Positions 57,313 through 64,000 of a DNA stretch of 64,000 nucleotides are shown here, in pieces. The translations under genes and the position numbers were made by a program. Origin of the DNA: a virus (lineage: Duplodnaviria; Caudoviricetes). The notes below the pieces were generated by a model that was not told where the DNA came from, ran no database searches, and saw only the letters and a program-made list of their open reading frames with translations. Each line of letters opens with the position of its first letter. The first letter of the stretch is position 1. Where the stretch lies: IMG/VR virus record IMGVR_UViG_2690315746_000005, positions 3,410 to 67,409 of that record; one strand, 5' to 3'.

Positions 57313-58008
57313 ATGCACCGCACCTTCCCCGCGGCGCTGGCGCTCGCCTGCGTCTGCTCTCCCGCCATGGCAGGCACGCTCGGTCTCGGCGAAGCCTCCG
57401 CCCTCCACCACTACGCGGCCCGCGGCTCCCTGATCTTCGCCGGCATATTCGCCGTGCTGATCATCGCGGCGCATGTCCGAGGGCGCGTCCCTGCGCCGGA
57501 CGCGCGGATCTGGCTCATCCCGCTCGCCTTCATGATGACCACGCCGTTCGGCCCGGCAATCGCCGCCGAGGTCGCCACCGCCGACACCACCCGCGTCACG
57601 CTGTCGGCCGCGCCCTGGATCGAGCTCGTCCGGGAGATCGTCATCACCGCCGTGATTCCGGCGGTCGCCGCCTACCTGATCCAGGCCATCCGCAAGGTCT
57701 ACCCCTGGGCCGCCCTGTTCCTGACCCAAGCCCGGGTCGAGCAGATGGCGAATGCCGTCACCGAGTACGCCATCAACGCGGTGCCCGGCGCCGTGAAAGA
57801 AGGCAAGCTGTCGGTCAACGTCGGCTCGCAGGTGATCGCCAAGGCGGTGCAGCGGGCGGTCGACGCGGCCCCGGCCAAGGCCCTCGAGGCGGCCGGTGGA
57901 CAGGCCGGCCTCGCCGAGATCGTGTTCCGCAAGCTCAACCTCGAGGACGGGGCGAACGAGGACAATACCCTGGCCCCCGTCGTCGCCGGCCTTCCGGCCG
58001 CGCGGTAG
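57313..58008 (+). CDS. Membrane protein in lysis cassette (holin candidate)
   Basis: Several hydrophobic segments; follows endolysin. Confidence 0.65.
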   Translation: MHRTFPAALALACVCSPAMAGTLGLGEASALHHYAARGSLIFAGIFAVLIIAAHVRGRVPAPDARIWLIPLAFMMTTPFGPAIAAEVATADTTRVTLSAAPWIELVREIVITAVIPAVAAYLIQAIRKVYPWAALFLTQARVEQMANAVTEYAINAVPGAVKEGKLSVNVGSQVIAKAVQRAVDAAPAKALEAAGGQAGLAEIVFRKLNLEDGANEDNTLAPVVAGLPAAR

Positions 58009-58018
58009 AGCGGCTGCC

Positions 58019-58525
58019 ATGCTGTTCCCCGCCGGCCCGAGCACGCCCGCCCACCCGGCGGGCGCCTACAGCTTCAACCGCCTGTTTGAATGGGCCATGG
58101 CGGTCATGATGCTGCTGATCGCCGTGACGCTCGCGATGCCGGGCGACACCATGGAGAGGGCCGCGCTGAAGCCCATCGCCGAAGTCGGCTTCAACGAAGG
58201 CAACATGGCCTTCTTCTTCGGGGCGGTGGGCGTGCTGCGCGTCACCGCCCTCTGGCTCAACGGCCACATCAACAACGGAATCACCAAGCCGAATGGCGCC
58301 AATGTCCGGGCGGTGTGCTCGGCGCTCGGCGCCCTGGTGATGGGGCAGCTGACCCTCGCCCTGGTGGTCGACGCCTTCACGGCCGAGGCGCCGTCCTTCG
58401 TCATCCCGGTCTTCGGGACCCTGACCATCTTCGAGGCGATCTCGTGCTACGTGGCCCGCCTCGACGCGGTGGATCGCAGGTCGCGGCTCGGCCGGGCCCT
58501 CGCTGCGCTGGAGCGTGTGAAGTAG
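58019..58525 (+). CDS. Multi-TM membrane protein in lysis cassette
   Basis: About four TM segments. Confidence 0.65.
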   Translation: MLFPAGPSTPAHPAGAYSFNRLFEWAMAVMMLLIAVTLAMPGDTMERAALKPIAEVGFNEGNMAFFFGAVGVLRVTALWLNGHINNGITKPNGANVRAVCSALGALVMGQLTLALVVDAFTAEAPSFVIPVFGTLTIFEAISCYVARLDAVDRRSRLGRALAALERVK

Positions 58526-58526
58526 C

Positions 58527-58880
58527 ATGGAGCACCTGATCGCATTGCTCCCCCTGCTCTCGTCGATGCCGGCGCTGCAGGTCTTCGTCGGCGGTATCGT
58601 GGCCGTCACCTGTGTCGGCATGGTGCTGCGCGCCAACAAGGACAAGCACGAGGTGCCGCCCCCGGCGCCCGGCTCGGTGGGTGACGCCATGGTGCACCTG
58701 CAGGGGCCGGCCGAGTATCTGAACATCCTGCGGGACCTGCGGGAGATCGGCCGGCAGCAGGTCGAGCGGCTGGACCGGATCGCGGAATGCGGGCGAGTTT
58801 CACGAGACCAGCTGACGGCGCAGACCGAACTGCTGCGCAGCATCGACCGGGAGCAGGTTCGCCATCACGGCCACGACTGA
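58527..58880 (+). CDS. TM + coiled-coil protein in lysis cassette
   Basis: VFVGGIVAVTCVGMVL, then a helical charged tail. Confidence 0.65.
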   Translation: MEHLIALLPLLSSMPALQVFVGGIVAVTCVGMVLRANKDKHEVPPPAPGSVGDAMVHLQGPAEYLNILRDLREIGRQQVERLDRIAECGRVSRDQLTAQTELLRSIDREQVRHHGHD

Positions 58881-58948
58881 CCGGCGGGAACCCGCCTCGC
58901 CGTTGGGCGGTTACCTCGACGGATTTCCAGACCCGAGACCCCACCTTG

Positions 58949-58982
58949 AGCCCCGCCGGCAACCGCCGAGCGGGGCTTTTTC
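58949..58982 (+). terminator. Rho-independent terminator ending the late transcript
   Basis: AGCCCCGC-cggcaaccgccga-GCGGGGCT followed by a T run. Confidence 0.8.
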
Positions 58983-58992
58983 ATGCCTTGGC

Positions 58993-60018
58993 CTACGCGG
59001 CGATCCAGGCGAAGCGGCCGGCCTCGTCCCAGGCGCAGGCCTCGCCGAGACTGTCGGCGAACACCGCCGAGAGCCGCGCCCGCTCGGCCTCGACCACCGG
59101 TCCCTCGACCGCCACCGGCCGGCAGCGGGCGGAGAGCCCCGGCACGACGAAGTCGGGGTTGTGCAGCGCGTGATCGGAGCCCTCCGTGAAGAACGGTCGG
59201 TCGCCCCAGTCGAGGTAGCTCTCCGCCGCCAGGCCCTCGGCGAGCAGGATGTCGTGGGCGTCGAGCTCGACGTGCCAGTAGGTCACCGACGAGACCGGCT
59301 CGCGGGCGATGCCGGTGCCGTTGATCAGGCACATCACTGGCACGAGGTGGCCGCCCGCGCCGTTCGCGTCGGCGTCGACCAGCACCGGATGGCCGGGGGA
59401 GAGCGAGAGGTCGCGGGCGGGCAGGCCCGCCCCGAAGGCGCCGGCGCGGATGCGGACCGGCTGCTGATCGTGGGGCAGGCTCGGGCCCGCGCCGTCGAGG
59501 GTACGGTGGCCGATCCAGACGACCGGCCGCAGGGCGCCGGAGGCGGTGACCGCCGCGTCGCCGACCCGCAGGTCCTCGACCGCGACCTCGCCGCGCGCCG
59601 TGCGGATCAGCGTGCCGGTAGTGAAGCAGACGGCGACCGGGTTGGCCGCGACGGAGTTGGCCCCAGCCTGAGTGTAAGTCGTGGCTGATGGAAATGTGCT
59701 ATTGTCGGTGAAAGATCGTAAATATTGCACGCTAGAAAAATTAGCGGATGTTGGGGACTGGTAATAAAAATTGATGTAAGAATTGTCATTTGAGAATTGT
59801 AAGTTATATAATTGGACATTGTATCCGGTTGTACCGTCGGAATTCACGGTGTTGGCTATCAGACCATTCGTGAATTGTCGTCCGTTGGCGGTAACATTCA
59901 GATTATAAACAGATCTATTGTCATAGTTCACAGTAAAAGAACCGCTCGCTGCGAAGGTTTGCCCGCCGCTCGGCGTGGATAACTGAGTTCCGAATGTGTA
60001 CGAGTAAATGTTCGCCAC
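58993..60018 (-). CDS. Hint_2 (intein-like) domain protein, moron
   Basis: VCFTTGTLIRT..GEVAVEDL.VGD, LSPGH, YWHVELD.H..LLAEG..AESY; GTG start with GGAGG RBS. Confidence 0.88.
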   Translation of the reverse strand: MANIYSYTFGTQLSTPSGGQTFAASGSFTVNYDNRSVYNLNVTANGRQFTNGLIANTVNSDGTTGYNVQLYNLQFSNDNSYINFYYQSPTSANFSSVQYLRSFTDNSTFPSATTYTQAGANSVAANPVAVCFTTGTLIRTARGEVAVEDLRVGDAAVTASGALRPVVWIGHRTLDGAGPSLPHDQQPVRIRAGAFGAGLPARDLSLSPGHPVLVDADANGAGGHLVPVMCLINGTGIAREPVSSVTYWHVELDAHDILLAEGLAAESYLDWGDRPFFTEGSDHALHNPDFVVPGLSARCRPVAVEGPVVEAERARLSAVFADSLGEACAWDEAGRFAWIAA

Positions 60019-60207
60019 GGCGTCCTCCCCAGAGGACTCAAATTTCATATTATATATTTTGCAGGTTGCAATCTGCTCTGGATCTTTCAATTCCAAAGTA
60101 GCGAACAAACAACGAAAATAAGATCAAACAGGGAACGCGACTTGCGAGGGCAAGTCAGCGCAACCCCGGCCCATCCAATCACTACACGTCCTGGCCGATG
60201 ACGAGGC

Positions 60208-60465
60208 TCACCCGCCGCTGACCTGCTCCACGAAGTCCTCCGGCACGTCCCCGAACTGTCCGAGGATCGTCGCGCTCTCGAGTTCGCCCGTCTCGTCATC
60301 CGCCACGATCCGCAGCGCCGCCGCGCCCGGCATCCGGCCGGCGATAGCCTCTGCCCGCTTGAGCGCCCCGTTCTCCGTCGGCGTCACGTCCCGGTTGCCC
60401 GGCCGCAGCCGCTTCCGGTGGATCTCGAACGTCTGCACCATGAACGTCGTCCGCATGCCCATCAC
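60208..60465 (-). CDS. Small hypothetical protein divergent from umuD
   Basis: 85 aa, AGGAG RBS; shares the SOS-box intergenic region. Confidence 0.7.
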   Translation of the reverse strand: MMGMRTTFMVQTFEIHRKRLRPGNRDVTPTENGALKRAEAIAGRMPGAAALRIVADDETGELESATILGQFGDVPEDFVEQVSGG

Positions 60466-60539
60466 GATCTCCTGATCCTGTCGTCCCCGCTCCGCACAGG
60501 CTCAAAGCTCAGCCTTGACCGGGAACCGCAAGCCTGTTT

Positions 60540-60554
60540 GTTCTCTTTCCGTTC
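60540..60554 (+). promoter_or_regulatory. Alphaproteobacterial LexA (SOS) box
   Basis: GTTC-TCTTTCC-GTTC after TTGACC (60515), upstream of umuD. Confidence 0.85.
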
Positions 60555-60571
60555 TAACACGGAGGGTGCGC

Positions 60572-61033
60572 GTGAGTCTCTATCGGGTCGGTGCGGAGGC
60601 GGCGGACGAAGGCGGGCTCGTGCGGATCCCGTTCATGCTCCCGACGCTCTGCGCCGGGTTCCCGAGCCCCGCCGAGGACTTCATCGAAGGCGCGCTGGAG
60701 CTGCCGCGCTGGCTCGTGCCGAACCCACCCGCCACCTTCATCTGGCGCGTCCGTGGCTGGTCGATGAAAGGCGCCGGTATCCACGACGAAGATCTGGCCG
60801 TGGTCGATCGCTCGCTCTCGCCCTCGTCGGGCGCGGTCGTCGTCGCGGTGGTCAACGGCGAGATGAGCCTCAAGCGCCTGGTCGCACAGGGCAACCGGCT
60901 GTCCCTCTCCTTCGACAACCCGGAGATGGGCGAGTTCGTCCTGGAGGACCTCGAGGAAGGCCTGGTCTGGGGCGTGCTGCTGTTCTCGGTGCGCTGGCAC
61001 CACGTGAAGGCCCGCGCGAGCCTCGTGCGATGA
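60572..61033 (+). CDS. umuD: UmuD-like S24 protein
   Basis: [31 protein letters not shown]. Confidence 0.92.
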   Translation: MSLYRVGAEAADEGGLVRIPFMLPTLCAGFPSPAEDFIEGALELPRWLVPNPPATFIWRVRGWSMKGAGIHDEDLAVVDRSLSPSSGAVVVAVVNGEMSLKRLVAQGNRLSLSFDNPEMGEFVLEDLEEGLVWGVLLFSVRWHHVKARASLVR

Positions 61034-62325
61034 CGCGCGCCATCGCGCTCATCGACGGCAACTCCTTCTACTGCTCCTGCGAGCGCGTGTTCGACCCGAA
61101 GCTGACCGGCGTGCCGGTGATCGTGCTCTCGAACAACGACGGCTGCGCCATCGCCCGCACCGCCGAGGCCAAGGCGCTCGGGATCCGCATGGGCGAGCCC
61201 TACTTCAAGATCCGGCAGCTGTGCCGGTCCAAGGGCGTGCGCGTGTTCTCCTCGAACTATGCCCTCTACGGGGACATGTCGGCCCGGGCCAACACGGTCT
61301 ACCGGCAGTTCGCGCCGGACGTGGAGATCTACTCGATCGACGAGAGCTTCCTCGATCTCTCCGACGTGCGCGAGCGCGACCGCCTGGCGCTGGCGCGTGA
61401 CCTCCGCTCGACGGTGCGGCAGTGGACCGGCCTGCCCACCTGCGTCGGGATCGGGCCGACGAAGACGCTCGCCAAGCTCGCCAACCACATCGCCAAGAGC
61501 ATCCCGGAACTCGGGGGCGTGTGCGACCTGTCCAACGAAGCCGAGCGCGCCGCCTGGATGGTCGGGATCTCGGTCGGCGAGGTCTGGGGCATCGGGCGCG
61601 CCTCGCGGGCGCGCCTGGAGGCCATGGGCGTTGACACGGTGGCGGACCTGCGCGACCTCGATCCCCGGCCGGCGCGGGCCTCGCTGACGGTGGTGGGCGA
61701 GCGGATCATCCACGAGCTGCGCGGACGGGCCTGCCTGCCGCTCGAGATCGTGCCGGCCCGGCGCAAGGGCTGCGCGGTGACGCGCTCGTTCTCGTCGCGC
61801 ATCACCGAGCGGGAGGTCATGGAGCAGGCCGTGGCCGCGCACGCGACGCGCCTCGGCGAGAAGCTGCGACGCGACGGGCTGGCGGTCTCGGCCGTCACGG
61901 TCTTCTACCACACCAGCGAGCACGACCGCGGCGACCCGATGCGCTCGGTCTCGACGGTAGTGCACCTGCCGGAGGCGACGAACGACAGCCGCCACCTGAT
62001 CCAGGCGGCGCTCCACGGTGTGGCGAAGACCTGGAAGGAGCAGGGCCCAACGCCCTGGCGCTACAGCAAGGCGGGGCTGGTCACGAAGGATCTGGTGCCG
62101 CTGGATGGAGCTCCCCGCCCGCTGTTCGATGCGCTCGACCGGGAGAAGTCCGGGAAGCTGATGGCGGCGATGGACGCCTGCAACAGCCGGTTCGGGCGTG
62201 GCGCCGTGGTACCGGCGCGGGCCGGGATGGTCGAGAAGCGAATCTGGTCGACGAAGTTCGAGATGCGCTCGCCGCGATTCACGACGCGGTTGAGCGAGGT
62301 GCCGGTGGTGCAAGCAACAATTTAA
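61030..62325 (+). CDS. umuC: Y-family DNA polymerase V catalytic subunit
   Basis: [50 protein letters not shown]. Confidence 0.95.
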   Translation: MTRAIALIDGNSFYCSCERVFDPKLTGVPVIVLSNNDGCAIARTAEAKALGIRMGEPYFKIRQLCRSKGVRVFSSNYALYGDMSARANTVYRQFAPDVEIYSIDESFLDLSDVRERDRLALARDLRSTVRQWTGLPTCVGIGPTKTLAKLANHIAKSIPELGGVCDLSNEAERAAWMVGISVGEVWGIGRASRARLEAMGVDTVADLRDLDPRPARASLTVVGERIIHELRGRACLPLEIVPARRKGCAVTRSFSSRITEREVMEQAVAAHATRLGEKLRRDGLAVSAVTVFYHTSEHDRGDPMRSVSTVVHLPEATNDSRHLIQAALHGVAKTWKEQGPTPWRYSKAGLVTKDLVPLDGAPRPLFDALDREKSGKLMAAMDACNSRFGRGAVVPARAGMVEKRIWSTKFEMRSPRFTTRLSEVPVVQATI

Positions 62326-62666
62326 GAGCCGAACCTTGTTGGCAACCCTTAGGAAACCACCGCAGACGAGACCGGCTCGGCCGCAATGACCTTTTTGTAT
62401 GACGAGACCAGAGCCTCGGCATCAAGGCCGGTAAGATCGGTGACCACGACCTGACTTCCGATAAAAACCGTCCAGCGGCCGTCGTAGGTCTTCTCTTTGC
62501 GAACGTCAGGCATGCCATGGCTCCTCGTCTCTCAGAGAAACTCCATGGCGGGGCGTTTGTGCCGCTGGAGGCAAGCCGAATTTATCGCGTGCGTATCGGC
62601 CGAAAGTGAGGATCGTAAGCCACTACTTGTGAGCGTTCGGCATCGGGCTTCCGCTGGCTGACGGGG

Positions 62667-62980
62667 TTACGAGCCGAGAAATGTGGATCGAAAGCATCCA
62701 CGACCGGCAAACGGTTGGGCGCGGCCTTGGTGCCAACATGCGTTTGCGCGTAATTTCTGTGCATCGTCGACCCCAATCCTATGACGGTCGTACTCGTAGT
62801 TGGCTAGCGATCTCAGGGCTGTAGCGGCGTCGACACAGAGGCAAGGCGCATCACCTCCGCCTCGAATGGGTCCGTCATGTCGAGATCCTCCCAGGCGGGC
62901 CACCATGTCACCCGCTGGCGGGCGCGCTTGTGCAGATGATGGGCAATGATATTGATGTGCTCGGGATCGGCGGGAGACAT
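62667..62980 (-). pseudogene. Possible frameshifted small gene
   Basis: MSPADPEHINII...EVMRL seems to continue in another frame as CVDAATALRSLANYEYD. Confidence 0.3.
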
Positions 62981-62991
62981 CGAAGCTCTTT

Positions 62992-63624
62992 TCAATTTGC
63001 ATCAGGAACTAAATAGTATCCATTTGTTCCACGCCCCCCTGAAAAATGAACAGAACGATGAAATTGAATTGATCCTGGAATTATGTAAAAATCAACATTG
63101 ACATCTATCTCGCTTCGTACTGAAGATCCGCTTATTTTTAATGGACATCTTCTGCTGATTACCTGACCGGGCCATAACGTAACCCGCCTGCTAAAATTTA
63201 TGAACCCAACATTCTCCAGTGTGGTATTTCCACCCACACTGTTTATTCTGCAACTAAAATCAGCTTCAAAAACAGGGGTGTGACCCTCGTTTTTTATAGA
63301 AAACAAAGTTCCAAATGCATTATTGATATCGGGGTTAAGGCTTGTAGTTATCGTTATTTTTGGTAACGTTAGGATTATTACGGATATTATAGCGGACAAA
63401 TACGATGCAAGCCGTCCATAAGGCGCCAAGCGACGTCCTGCCTGGACAAAAAACGCGCGCGATTGTCGAGCGCACTGCGACAAAAATTGGCATATCACTT
63501 CGTATAGCAACACCAATCTTGATTTTTCTGTTTCTTTATTATTAGATTCTGCTGATATTTCTTCTGATCCTAATAATTTTCTTTGAGGGTTGGGTATTTT
63601 CTTGCGGCGATAGCGCTTTCGCAT
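62992..63624 (-). CDS. Low-GC single-TM protein with beta-sandwich-like C-terminus
   Basis: LASYLSAIISVIILTLP TM, FSIKNEGHTP; AT-rich. Confidence 0.6.
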   Translation of the reverse strand: MRKRYRRKKIPNPQRKLLGSEEISAESNNKETEKSRLVLLYEVICQFLSQCARQSRAFFVQAGRRLAPYGRLASYLSAIISVIILTLPKITITTSLNPDINNAFGTLFSIKNEGHTPVFEADFSCRINSVGGNTTLENVGFINFSRRVTLWPGQVISRRCPLKISGSSVRSEIDVNVDFYIIPGSIQFHRSVHFSGGRGTNGYYLVPDAN

Positions 63625-63745
63625 CACGGTACAGATCCATCGGATAAGATGCATCTGCGATGGTGGACGAAACCGGGCCGCTTGCACAAGCGCCCGGCTT
63701 GATTTTTTCAACCTGTGATTTGGTGTCGTCTGCCGGCCCGATGGC

Positions 63746-64000
63746 TCAGACTGTCGCCAGCAGCACCGCCGTCTTGACCGCCTGCCGCCGCCGAGCCGGT
63801 GTGGCATCCGCCACCGCAAGCTCGTCGGCCGACCATTGATGCGCAAGAACAGCCGCGGCGAGGTCGAGGCGCTTGTCGTCGATCTTCAACACCGCCGGCG
63901 CGGACGGATCCGCGAGGTAGGCCGTGATCGCCGCGTCGAGCGCGTCGTCGGTGAGGAGCTTCGCCTTATAAGATGCTCCGACAGTCTCTGGGCTGGACAT
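63746..64000 (-). CDS. Small hypothetical protein
   Basis: 84 aa starting at the window edge. Confidence 0.55.
   Translation of the reverse strand: MSSPETVGASYKAKLLTDDALDAAITAYLADPSAPAVLKIDDKRLDLAAAVLAHQWSADELAVADATPARRRQAVKTAVLLATV

Larger units (their letters stand above)
1..62325. mobile_element. Temperate siphovirus-type prophage (left end beyond window; right end approximate)
   Basis: Complete ordered set of recombination, immunity, replication, packaging, head, tail and lysis modules; no integrase or att seen. Confidence 0.95.

Noticed and set aside
62326-64000. attR / exact prophage right boundary
   Set aside because: GC drop and gene remnants suggest the edge, but no direct repeat can be matched without the left end

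Overview
The window is almost entirely one temperate, lambda-like siphovirus prophage in a high-GC alphaproteobacterium. A Methylobacterium-like host is inferred from the GcrA/CtrA/GapR-like genes, alphaproteobacterial LexA boxes and Hint_2 gene. Left to right: (i) leftward early arm, 1-14943, with DUF5131, a HAD protein, a repeat-rich C5 methyltransferase, a DndC-like PAPS-reductase-fold protein, a GcrA + XRE + two receiver-less CtrA-like regulator cluster, and RecT/YqaJ; (ii) immunity region, 14960-16515, with CI/Cro, 17-bp operators and a LexA-boxed small Zn-finger gene; (iii) GapR-like, RuvC-like, amino-MTase, DnaB, initiator, NusG-like antiterminator and tRNA-Thr; (iv) a ParB / ABC-ATPase-GNAT / formyltransferase cluster before terminase; (v) head genes, where the portal is fused to an Acb1-like 2H phosphodiesterase plus extra domains and is followed by an Acb2-like sponge and two signal-peptide proteins, one collagen-like; (vi) tail genes with a -1 frameshift chaperone, tape measure, J-like tip and fibre; (vii) lysis genes, a Hint-domain moron and LexA-boxed umuDC. 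No integrase or att site was identified; the integrase probably lies left of the window. All family assignments come from motifs recognised by eye and remembered reference sequences, not from database searches.
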